A DNA stretch of 60,790 nucleotides, the filler included, from Sphacelaria rigidula (lineage: Eukaryota): assembly GCA_964200075.2 (NCBI GenBank). It is 9 parts of 9 records of this genome, joined end to end, with 100 filler letters (N's around TTAATTAATTAA, not from the genome) between each part and the next. Parts side by side here need not be neighbours in the genome. Positions count along the whole stretch, not along the records: positions 33,833 to 40,497 come from CAXNAA020018746.1; positions 40,598 to 47,262 come from CAXNAA020018747.1; positions 47,363 to 54,026 come from CAXNAA020018748.1; 6 more parts are not named here. One strand, written 5' to 3'. The stretch's first letter is position 1, and every line of letters starts with the position of its first letter. The translations under genes were made by a program, and so were the position numbers. The notes beneath the pieces are model-generated. The model was not told where the DNA came from and did not search any database. It saw nothing but the letters and a program-made list of their open reading frames with translations. Of the stretch, positions 38,470 to 49,825 are shown one piece after another.

Positions 38470-39450
38470 TCTCATGTTTTCGTGACATTCGCTGCAATAC
38501 TGCTGTAATCGTGCGCTCCCAAATCGACGACAACGCAAAGAAAATCACGGTTAGGACATACTCCGCCATGAAAAGGATTTTGTGGTTCCGGTTCCGGTTT
38601 AAACTTTTACACGATCTTGAGGAGGCGTTTGTGGTTCGGGATCGACACCCCGCGAAAAAGAGCCAGTGTGGGCAACTTTCGATGGCCAAAACGCGCGCCC
38701 CGGGTATCAAATGACAGCCAAATCTGAAAGATAATGCACCGCTGCGCCTTCTTCGTGCACTGCAGAAGAAAGCGCGCGATGAGATGCCTTGCCGCCTGAG
38801 ACAACTCGGGAAAAGTGGTGAAAAATACGAAATGATACATGTACATATATATATACATGTATTCAGGATACCTCTGTAGGTCTCCGTGCTGAGTTTCAGA
38901 TCACAAAAAACACAGCTGGAAAGTTGAGATAAGTAAGGTCGAAGAGCAGTGTTTATTTATCCTCGAACTTGCTGTAAAAACGAAAAAAAAAGGAGCTATT
39001 TTTTCACCTTTATTATGCACTGGCGGTTATCCACACGGAATTTCATAGCATAAATTTCAAACTGAGACACGATATCCAGATTTGGTTCATCTAGTGCCTC
39101 TGCTCGTGAAGTATCGATTTTAGTATAGAAAATAATGTGCATAATATCTTGAGATAGATGAACGAATAAGGTGAAGGTGAGGGTATCCATCGTCTCCCCG
39201 TGCTCCAGGGAATGTCCGCACCAAAAATCGTCGCCATCCGCTGAATGCATCGATCGGGGTTTCATATAGACTTTAGTATGAACGCTATCTCCGTTATGGA
39301 GAAGAATCACTAGACATGGGGTGATATCAACGAGAAAATATTGGCCCAAACGTTTGAGCAGATGGGCGCCTTCTCCCTCATTAGAAAATTGATGCAATAT
39401 GCGGATCGTGGCCCGACTCGTCTGTGTCGATGATATATTGCGTTGAGAGC
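38470..39450 (+). pseudogene. Possible degenerate MULE-type transposase
   Basis: QIDDNAKKI...LWFRF..L...FVVRDRHP followed by HRC...H loosely follows the MULE D...WF...DRH...CxxH order; many stops and frameshifts. Confidence 0.25.
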
Positions 39451-41033
39451 TTAAATCTGCTTCTAGGCTGGCCCAGCTCGGACGTGTTTCCAGTAGTTCT
39501 ACGGTACTGTGTACACGTATGATTTTTCGTGCAGTAACATCACATATTATCGGCCCCACACGGGAAACAGTATTGGCTGATGAAGACAAAAACCGGACTC
39601 CACGAAGCCGCAAAGTGGCAGAAACAATGAGTGAGTGAAAAGTGAAAAAAAAGCAAGGGAGTGCTATTGTTCCCCTTTCCTAGGTCGGTGCTAGTCATTT
39701 TCCCTGTAACCAGCTTCCATATGGGGAAAACGTCGATGGGTGCAAACGAGTAAGCTGTTTTGATAGCCTCAGAATCCTCGTGGAAGGCAGTCAAGACGTG
39801 CTTGCCTCGGGTTCTCAAGGGCGCGCAGAAACACGATGCTACAATGTTTCGAGCCCCTACGAAACCCCGACAAGCGCAGACACTTCTCCATGATGGAACA
39901 AACCCTCCGTTTCGACTTTTCACATACATTTCTAGCAGCGGAACTTAATTTGCAAACACGAGAGGGGCACTTCCATTCTCTTCGAAACTATCCTTTATAT
40001 GCAATTTCCGCAAATATTTGAAAAAGCTGTAGCTTTGTCTTTCCTCATGCCCCTCGAAAGCCGAGGAAAGCCCCTCTTATAACATTTTTGCGGTCGCATC
40101 CAAACAGCCCTGTGTTTGAATACATTCATTTGTTCTCCAAGCACACGAACCCTTTCGCATATGTGCACCAGCGGGGTCCCAATGGATTGAATTCGCTTCA
40201 ATGAGGGAAACAGCACTGGGTGGCGTCGATGTTGCTGCGTGTTAGAATAATTCGTGTCGTAGCACTGTCCTTACAACAGGCCAACTACTGTTCAGCGAAC
40301 AGTAGTATGCAGAGGTTGCACCGTGGTTGATTAGACCACTTGCTTCCGCAGCTTCAGAATAAAATCAGTGAGACAAATGGTTGATTGGGCGCTTTATTTG
40401 GCCAAGAAAAGCAGAACTCGCAGTTTCCTCTCAAAGCGGAGAACTGATGGTAGTGAAGGAGAGTGACTGTAGGGGGCGGTGAGGACCACCGACTACANNN
40501 NNNNNNNNNNNNNNNNNNNNNNNNNNNNNNNNNNNNNNNNNTTAATTAATTAANNNNNNNNNNNNNNNNNNNNNNNNNNNNNNNNNNNNNNNNNNNNAGT
40601 CATTTGTCATGAATTTAGGCCAGGGAAAGCACGACTTTTGAGTTGAACCTAATTTTTTTTTCAACCCCATTTTCAAAAATCGGCTGTTTTCAGCAGCAGA
40701 TCGACCGTAAGAATTGGTGAACAGTGGCATCGGCAACGTTTGCGATGAATCAAGCATGCTGGGGGAAGAGTATAACACGCACAGGGAACACTTTCGGACG
40801 CTGTCGCGAGGGTCTGCCATCGTTTTTGCTCCCGATGATTCCGCCAAGCGTGCTAACTTGATAAGGACTCCCCTGATTGGATGTGGCTGACAGGTATGTA
40901 CTATAGCCGGAGGAGCGGGACGGAACGGGCTGCGCACGACTTCGTTCAACCGCAGGGCGGTCAAAAAAATTGGACAAAAAACATAGTACGAAGCTATGGC
41001 CTCCTATTGCTGCTGCCCTACTGTACTGAGCTG

Positions 41034-41249
41034 TGTAATGCATTGGAGAAACGCGTGCGTTTTGGGCCGCATCGGAATTTGAACACCCCAGGATCGACGT
41101 TTTTCAATTTTCAAGGTTTATAAGAGCGCTCGGGCTAATCCCTGCAGGGACCGCGCCCCTGACCCTAACCCTGACCCTATCCCTAACCATAGAGGTGTTT
41201 GTGAACTCCGATGCGGTCCCAAAAGCACGCGGTTCTCCCACGCATTACG
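41034..41249 (+). mobile_element. Telomere-repeat MITE, variant copy
   Basis: Diverged TIRs, core and CCCTGACCCTAACCCTGACCCTATCCCTAACC. Confidence 0.85.
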
Positions 41250-41310
41250 CTGCGTCAAAAAAAGGCCATAACCTGCCTAGAGGCCAAGGCGAAGGTGTAC
41301 CGGTTGGCGC

Positions 41311-41537
41311 TGTAATGCGTGAGAGGATCGCGTGCTTGGAGGACCGCGCCGTAGTTCAAATTGCCTCAGGAGCGACGTTTTTCGAAACCAATCGGACCAG
41401 TCCCTGCAAGTACCACGCCCTTGACCATAACCCCAACATTAACCCTGACCCTAACCCTAACCATAGGGATGTTCAAATTCCGATGCGGTCCTCTAAGCAC
41501 GCGGTCCTCTAAGCACGCGGTCCTCTCACGCATTACA
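41311..41537 (+). mobile_element. Telomere-repeat MITE, full length, perfect 5-bp TSD
   Basis: GGCGC|TGTAATG...CATTACA|GGCGC; the right TIR has an extra 16-bp GGTCCTCTAAGCACGC unit. Confidence 0.95.
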
Positions 41538-41785
41538 GGCGCTCTAGTAGCTGGTCACATCTGACCGTGCCGGCACGCGAAGGCATACAGCTTCGGCCCG
41601 AGCAACGCAATATACAACTCCCTCTCCCTCTCAACGCCGCCGTGATTCCCAACTCGAGCAGTTCTGTAGAACCTCCTCTTCAACAACATGCATTACACTT
41701 ACTTATCGTTTCGAATCGAAGATGCCGTCAGAGAGACGCAGGTTGCCGCGGAGAAAAGCCAGCGACGCACTTCTCCCCAACCCCG

Positions 41786-41986
41786 TGTAATGAGTGAGAG
41801 GATCGTGTGCTTTGGGGATCGCATCGGAATTTGAACACCCCTATGATTAGGGATAGTGTTGGGATTGGGGTCAGGGGCGTAGTCCCTGCAGGGACTGCCT
41901 CGGCTGGTTTTGAAGAAAGCGATCCTGAGGTGTTTTGAACTACGATGAGGTCCTCTAAGCACACGGTCATCTTCTCACGCATTGCA
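41786..41986 (-). mobile_element. Telomere-repeat MITE, full length, short tract
   Basis: Both TIRs and core in reverse orientation. Confidence 0.9.
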
Positions 41987-42260
41987 CCGGCTCCCCACAT
42001 TCGTGGTTGAAATTACTTGGTTTGGGTGTTTATCATCACTATACCGATCTTTACGGGGTTCAAGCGTGCTCGGCACACATTTTGGCTAAAATAGGCGAAT
42101 GTGGCTCCGATCTAAGCACACTTTGTCTCAAGGCATAGTACAAGATTCATTGCAGATGCTTTTCCCTTGTTCGAGGGTTTGCGGCCTGTCTTAGGTTGGG
42201 GTCAGGGTTAGAGTTATACTCAAAGATGAGCACAGTACATCACCGACCCGTTTGGTATTC

Positions 42261-42510
42261 GAGTGATGCTACGGTAGGGGTACATAAATAATTTCTGAGG
42301 GTAAAATTGTAAGGAGCCCTTATCTCGTCCAAAACACGACTTATGAAAATATGCGAGAGTACGCCAGGATTACTGACCCTGACCCTAACCATGGGGATGC
42401 TCAAATTCCGATGCGGTCCTCTAAGCACGCGGTCCTCTCATGCATTACAAGGAGCCTCTGAACCAGACAAAATTTCGCGAAAAAAGTGCTCCCCTACCGT
42501 AGCATTGCTC
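42261..42510 (+). mobile_element. GAG...CTC MITE (TSD ATTC) containing the right half of a telomere-repeat MITE (42373-42449)
   Basis: ATTC|GAGTGATGCTACGGTAGGGG...CCCCTACCGTAGCATTGCTC|ATTC; the centre is replaced relative to the 32626-32889 copy. Confidence 0.9.
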
Positions 42511-44232
42511 ATTCCTGGCTTACATATTATAAGAAGGTCTAAATCGCCGTGGGTTGAAGATACTCTCCCAGCGGAAGGGCGAACCACTGCCTGTGCAGCA
42601 GAAGAATCCACCAAAAACCACACTGCATACATACCTTCTGGATATCACGGGCGTCGATGCGTCTCTCGTGGATCATGCTAGAAGAAAAGCGCATGACGGA
42701 AGCTATTACGTGTTGGATATCCCCAGCTAACACAAAAAGAGAGAGTCGAAAGTGCAGCAAGTTGGAGCTGACACTCAAGTGGGAGGGTAGGCTATCGGCT
42801 GAGCAATTGAGCAGGCACGAAGTTGAGAACCGGAAACAGAAGAAAATGACTATTTTTTCGTTTTATCACAGTTGCAGCGAGAGGCGAATATCGCCGAAAC
42901 CGGAACAATTTCGTTTTCAGTTGTCCCCCGGGGTACCACGAAGGGTCGACGAGAAAAAAAACCGCAGTTGACGCAATAGACGTATCTCAACCCCGAGGTT
43001 CCCGGTATATTATGTGTTCCCGATATCTACACCTGGAACCTCGGGTTTGGATATCTCTAATGAAAGGGCTGAAATCGGAACAGTTTCATATTACCAACGA
43101 CCTGTTGTTCCCCGCCAAATAGATGTGAGACCACCATGTATTGTACCGAAGGGTTCCGACCGAAAGCTTAACATGCGTGCACATTCTCGTTGAGGCTCGT
43201 GGCGCTTCTTAGACCACTCGCACCAGAAAAACGCCCCCTCGCCTAGCGCAGCGCCACGGCAACGCGTAAATATCGACACTGCTGGCCTGTATACCGTAAG
43301 TCGGTAGATATACAAGCGTGGTTGCCGTCGCGTTCGCCCGTGGAGTTGATCAGTATTCTCGCAAACTTCGTACCATTACAGCATGACTGTCGCGAGCTGA
43401 CTTCTGTCTTGTATTCGGTTTGGGCAGTGATGGTCCAGCTCACCTGGTCTTTGCGCATGTACCTCTCATCTGGTGCATAGTTCATCTGATGCATAGTTCA
43501 CATCTCCACCAGGCAAAATGACGCTATTGTAACTAATTAATCCCGCCTCTCGAAATACGGGGTTACTTTATTTGTGACCCATCCATGCTTTTGAAGGACA
43601 TTCTTTCTGTGGGGCGTGAGTCGCCAGCGAAAAAAGGTCCCGACAAACCTTCATTAGATTAACACAATAATTAGTTCACATTGTTTCTACGTGATGCCTG
43701 ACCCTTCGGCTGCCAGGCTGCCAGGGCAGGCGCCCTGTTGAATCGTCATCATTTACTACCATATTTTGAAAGTGTAAATGATGTAAATTCACAGATCGCC
43801 TACCCTAGCGGACCAAGATTCACTGAGTATCGCAATGGGCTCCTTTATCTTGCTGCCAACCACACGTCCAGCATCTGTAGATCGCATCGACGGCCACCGT
43901 AACAGCGGAGTCTCTACTCGTCAGACATACTATTGAAATAGTTTATGTGAATACCTGTATAACACGTTCCAGGGGGCGCGAAGGAGTGCTAGCAACTACG
44001 CGACAGGATATATGCCTCTTCACATTCTCTAACCCCGTTGCCCTCCAGGGCGGCGGGCCACCTTTTGAATTGTCTTCATTTTTACTTGAAAACTGACTGC
44101 AAGGCTCAGATGACGCACCCCCGGTATTTCCCCCCCCACCTCTAGACTCTTGGGATGGCGTCGAGTGGCAACGGCGCCGTAAAAACAAGCCATCAAAACC
44201 TAGACATGAAGTGTACTGACTGTCACAGTACA

Positions 44233-45945
44233 TATATTACAGGGAGTTGCACAAGGATGTACATTATCACCCACTTCGTTTAAGGTGTTCAATAATGACC
44301 TGACACTAGCAATAGAAGCAGCGAAGCAAGGGGTGAAGGTGGGTAAAGGTATGGTATCAGCATTGATGTTCGTAGATGAGTTGGTAGGGATTTCAGAAAC
44401 ACCAGAAGGATTGCAGACACAGAATGTACGAGGAAACGGAGAGTGACAGCGAACGTCAACAAATGCGCGGTACTCATCTGTAACGAAGATAAGAAAAATC
44501 CGGTAGAGTTCAAATGGAGGTGGGGAGAAGAGGAACTAATTGCCGATCGTAGGCCAGTATACATACCTTGGCATAGAGATCTCAAGAGACTGATCTGGGA
44601 TGCACACATGAACTAAGTAATAGAAAGGGTAGGGCACAGATAGGAAGGATGGACGTGATCCTCAGAGATTCGCACCTAGACACTAGGGTTAAGAGATCTA
44701 TCCTGATGAACGTGATCGTAGCAAAGCTGGAATGTGCAGGAGAAGTATGGGAGGGGAACGTGAAATTGATGCAGAAGTTGGAAACAGTACAGATGGCAGC
44801 AGCGAACAAAATACTTGGATGCTCGAAAACGACGAGTAATACAGTTTTGAGAGCAGAGGTGGGAATGCACTCACTTGAAAAAAACGAAGACATGAGGAAA
44901 TTGTGATGGCAATAGCGTCAAGAACATGTAGAGAAGAAAGAGATTGCCAGCTATAAACAGTGGTGGACTATCGAAAATGGGGTTGGAAACAAAATGACGT
45001 TCAAGTCAAAAGCCGTGCTTTTCCTGACCTAGATTCATGACAAATGACTTTCATATGGACCACCCCATCCCTCCCGACCTCCCTAAACTATTTCGGGGGA
45101 CTTATAGGCTTCCGTTCCCCCGAAGGGTATGTATGTGCGGAAGCACGATTGTGGGTACGAAAAACGTTATTTTTTCACCCCGAAATCGAGTCAAAAATGT
45201 GCTTTCGCACACACATACCCTTTGGGGGAACGGAAGCCTATAAATCCCCCGAAATAGTATTAGGGAGGTCGGGAGGGATGGGGTGGTTCATATGGGAGTC
45301 ACTTGTCATGGATTTGGGTCAGGGAAAGCACGGCTTTCGGCTTGAACCTCATCTTTTTTTTTTCCAACCCCACTTTCGAGAGCCCACTGTTTATGGTTGA
45401 TAGTGCTGTACGGAAGAAGATTCCGAAAGGTCAGGCTGGAGTCAGGTGGGATAAAGAAGCCGAGAAAATATGGAAGGAGATAAACGGAAACCAAGACGAA
45501 GTACTGTCCATAGATGAAGACGCGGAGTACAAGGCAAACGTAAGAGATATGACAGAAATAAGGGGAAAAGGAGCGCTCAGACGCAAAACGAGCAAAAACA
45601 CCTGGAAATATACGGATGGTTAAGAGAGGGGATAGGGATGACAGCACAATATATATTTGCATGGCCCGATGGACGCTGCGAAAAATATGAAAGCGTGATC
45701 TCGGGTGCGGGGACCTGGACCTGCCAGAAAAAAAAAAGATATTTACCAGTCATCGAAAGGAGGAGGAAGTAGACGGACAGTGGAACTGCCTCTGTGGAAA
45801 AGAAGTAGAGAGCAGAAGTCATTTAGTGGCAGAATGTGAACTATACGAGAAGGAACGGGACGTGCCAGAGGGGGAAATGCGGGACGTGAACGAAGGTGGC
45901 ATCGCATCGCTTGACGCATTAGACAGTAGGAAGAAAATGTTCCTT
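44233..45945 (+). mobile_element. 5'-truncated, degenerate non-LTR retrotransposon (LINE) RT and C-terminal zinc-binding region, interrupted by a MITE
   Basis: ILQGVAQGCTLSPTSFKVFNNDL, LMFVDELV (degenerate F/YADD), NVNKCAV and C-terminal CLCGKEVESRSHLVAEC; many stops and frameshifts. Confidence 0.88.
44954..45393. mobile_element. Foldback MITE inserted in the LINE
   Basis: TAAACAGTGG...CCACTGTTTA with ~200-bp inverted arms; removing it restores LINE codons CCA GCT ATG GTT GAT. Confidence 0.92.
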
Positions 45946-45949
45946 GACA

Positions 45950-47262
45950 CGTGATCCATAAACAGGGACAGCTGGACACGACGGATGAAGTCGATCAAAG
46001 GACATGGCTGAGCCGATCATGTTGAGGTAGAAGAGTGGTATTACATAGCTTGACTAAGCAAGTCAAGGAAGGAAAAGAAGGAAGAGAACGAAGTGGCTGG
46101 GTGTGGCTACCCCAACACCATGACCAGCAAACCTTGCGTACGTAGGTACAAGACATACGCCCACTGCGGTATCAAATCCCACCGCATGTAACCGTCAGAA
46201 CCCGTGAAGACGGATACCTCCGTACCGTGGCTGATCAGTACTGTAGACTACACTGAAAAGGCTGTTCACCTTAACACCTCCCTTGGGCAGTCGTTCGGTA
46301 GTAGGCTCACGGGAAATCAATCAAGACAACGATTCATCCTGTGAGCGGGGGTGTCTCTCAAGACCACTCAGGTCATCGAACAGGTACCGTCGGAGAAAAT
46401 TCGCACCTGCCCCCCATAAGACAATATATACCAGAATCACATATGCGCCCCCTCTTTCGAACAGTTACAGTACTTCAAAACTCTCTGTACCTCATTCAAA
46501 TTCTTGCGCTAAAGATCCCGATCCCCGTTCCAAGATCCAAAACCAAGCTCTCTCGGAAGTAGAATAATAATAATATCCGTACTTGGAAACTTGCAAACAA
46601 ACTCTCATGTTCTGCGCTTCCCTATGGCGCACGCAATACAGTGCACACCGAGTATCGGTTCAGCTATGCATCCAACTCTGCAGCATAGTACAAAATCAAG
46701 ATTCTCACGCATGTCTCGCAGTACAGCGTGCGCATCATCAAGTGCGCATGCCCCATTTTCAAATCTTCAAATCATCAATCTTCCGAACAGAAAAACAGGG
46801 AATATATTTCAGTCAAACACCATGCAACTTTCACATCGCGATCCCGCGTAGAAATAATTCTCGACACTACTGTCAATCAACCAGAATTCTACTTGGCGAA
46901 CAGCGAACCGGCAGAGCGAAAGTTTTTGCTCAACTGTTTTCACACACGCGCAATCAAAGCACAACTTGACAACACATCCTGCGTCCCCCCCCTCATTGTT
47001 TTGCTTTCAAACGGTCTGCATCTCTCTCCTGCCCCCCTCGTTTCGGGCTACGGCTATGAGGGGGCGTCGGCATCGTGGAGCATTATTTCCTCTTTCCACC
47101 GATGTCCACCGAGAGGTCCATGCAGCGGGGGTTGTGCTCGTTGCCGGTTCGCTGCGCCATCCAACTTCAGCTCGCACCTATCGCGGAACAATTTCAAATA
47201 TCGAGCCTCACCGAGAATTGAGGCTCGACATGACACAGAGAAAACATGGGGAAATATCCAAA
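45950..47262 (+). repeat. Second copy of the unclassified ~1.3-kb repeat (cut by the contig end)
   Basis: Reverse complement of 34490-35775. Confidence 0.85.
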
Positions 47263-49029
47263 NNNNNNNNNNNNNNNNNNNNNNNNNNNNNNNNNNNNNN
47301 NNNNNNTTAATTAATTAANNNNNNNNNNNNNNNNNNNNNNNNNNNNNNNNNNNNNNNNNNNNGTATCTCCAGGTGTTCTCCCTCGTCTACGTTTTCCCAG
47401 GGGGGGGGGGTGTACTCATGATCATGCATGCCATAGTCATACGACCATTGTCCCATTTTCATTTCATTTTCATTGTCCCATTTTCCCAGGGGGGGGGAGG
47501 GGGGGTATACTCATGATTTTGCACGCCAAACTCACGAAGTAGGGAGGGAGCACGCCGGATTTTTGCCGGACGAGCGGCGGCCGGGAAGGGGGGAGTGTTA
47601 TGGCCGCGTACATCGACCACTTTCAACCCTTGAACCGCCGCGATATGTGCACGCCCTGGAATATCGTCATGTCTGAGTCGTCGATGCAACAAGCAAGGCG
47701 TCCTGCATTGCCTCAATATTAGGACGTATCTGCACGTGCAGGCCGTGACTCCGGTATAAGACCAATTGCCCTCACGTCATGGCGCCGACGCATGATTCGC
47801 ACTCGGCAGGTGTCCTTTGACGCCTCGTATCATTGCCGGAATGGCAAGGCGTAAGGTGTAAACATCCTGTACACTGGAATTGTCGTTGCCGAACGCCAGC
47901 AGACGCATGACGACGCCCTTTTACATGGTGACATGTAGCACGGCCCGGAAGGCGAACTTCCCTTGCAAGTCGTCTACTCCCTTCGCGGCGACCGCAAATG
48001 CTACGTTCAAGGCACCCCGGAGGAGTGCGAGGAGGCGGCGGCGGCGGCCGCAAGTCGCGGTGCGTGCGATTTCGATAAAGCTCAAGTACTCAATAGCAAG
48101 TGCTACTCTTGTCGGGGGATGAGATGTGAACTTGGAGTGTGGGAGGACCACGATAAGGTGGTGACCGGCATACCCGCACTAATGAAGCACGAAGCACCAT
48201 GTGGGCGACGTGTACAGGTGCGAAAAAATACCAGATGTAGTCCTCGAACTGCGCGCACATGAGGACATTCACCCTATCGTCTCGATCGACCACCCCGCTG
48301 TTTAATCTCGCAGAAAATTTAGGTCGCGTACATCGATTATGCGTCGGCTGCAGCACACTGGGTGGCCGCCTACCGACGGGCGACGGGTGTGGCCATCATG
48401 ATACCGGTGGCGCGAGGCCGACAGTTGCGCCGGTGAGCGCAGCTGTGGTCCTGCACAAGAGTACCACTCGACCTCGCAACTTGGGAACAAGTCTGGGCAC
48501 ATGTCACGGTCAACGTCGAACTTTCAACCAGCCGATACCATATTGAAGTGAACAAGACCAGTTGAAGTGCGACAATCAATCAATCAGTCAAATCAATCAA
48601 GATCACAGGGGCATACAGTTTACAAGTGTTTTCATCTAAATCCCTGTTGTTTCACTGTTCTGTATTTCTCTGGGTGCAAATTATCTCGAAAGAATAAACG
48701 GCCATATCGCCGCGATGGTCACGAAGGAGGCGAAATTCCCTTCAACGCATCTCTCGCGCGCGTAGATCCCAGTCATCGAGCGCGTCATGCCCGGCGAGAT
48801 AATTGCAGTCACAAGTGACCAGCGACGGCGAATCGACCTCCCCCCTCTCTCGACCTCTTCGAAGCAGCATGTGCGCATCGGAGGACAAAAATAGTGAAAA
48901 TACCCGTTCCGGACCCGACAAATCATCCCAGGCGCAGGTGAGCGAGACTGGCAAGCAGAAGACGCCAGTAAAGGTGGCCAAGTTGAGACAATAGGCTTCA
49001 TCTACAGCGAACTACAAGCGGCAGACTCA

Positions 49030-49825
49030 GTGGCAGATGCGCCCACGGCATCAATAATGGACCTTCGGCAGCGACGGCAGAAAAACTGCGCGGGCTACGG
49101 TGCAACTGGGAAGAGGAGGAATGCGGCAGGTAATGATGGCGTGGCGGCCGGTAAGCGACGGCCACGGGGCAGGGAGATGAGCCGAGGGAGGGAGCGGGCC
49201 CGGGGATGGTGCGGCCGCCCAAACCTTGCAGACAAGGGTGCGGTGTATTGGCATCCGACCGAGAATGATGGTGTGGATAACGACGTGGTCCTCAGGGGGA
49301 CGAAAAAGAAGCGCATTTCGTCTGCGGGGTCCAACATCGAGATCGGTAAGTCGGAACTCAAGAACGGCGCTACCAGGATCAAGTAGATAGAATAAATGGT
49401 TATGCCGCGTGTGCGCCAAGCTGGGCATTCCTGACAAGTTCTTGATGCAACTGGAACATCACCGGAACGGGAAAGAGACGTGTCGAGCTCCCGGCGCGGT
49501 GGCTGCGCAAGGCACGAGTCGCACTCTCCAGTCGAAGAAACGGGAGGTCGATGATCAAGACGCCAATCGTCCGAATGAGGTTTTGGCATTCCTGGATCCT
49601 CCCATGATCCGGGCGCTGCGCGACGTGAAGTCATTGACACCGATCCACGCAGGTGCTCGAGCGGGTCACGACAGGGGGTGGGACGTGGCTGGGAACGCTA
49701 CAGGGGCGGGCAGAAAGAGCTGTTTATCGACGTAGATATGATCTTTGACAAATCGGTGCGGCGCGAGGTGCCATGTACAGTTGCCTCGGCAATCACGACC
49801 CACGCAAAAATATGCAAATCGGTAC
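49030..49825 (+). pseudogene. Possible hAT-type transposase remnant, 5' part; appears to continue at 53517-~53750 after the copia insertion
   Basis: KWLCRVCAK (BED-finger-like CxxC) here. Beyond the copia, HSVNGDE*GCWKSGGRS*LSFT...HYIED resembles hAT SxTxDxW...SY(L/M)xxTxHYID with W and Y mutated to stops. Confidence 0.35.

Noticed and set aside
34490..47262. Large inverted repeat bounding a ~13-kb element
   Set aside because: The two copies are on different contigs, so their orientation and spacing are arbitrary.
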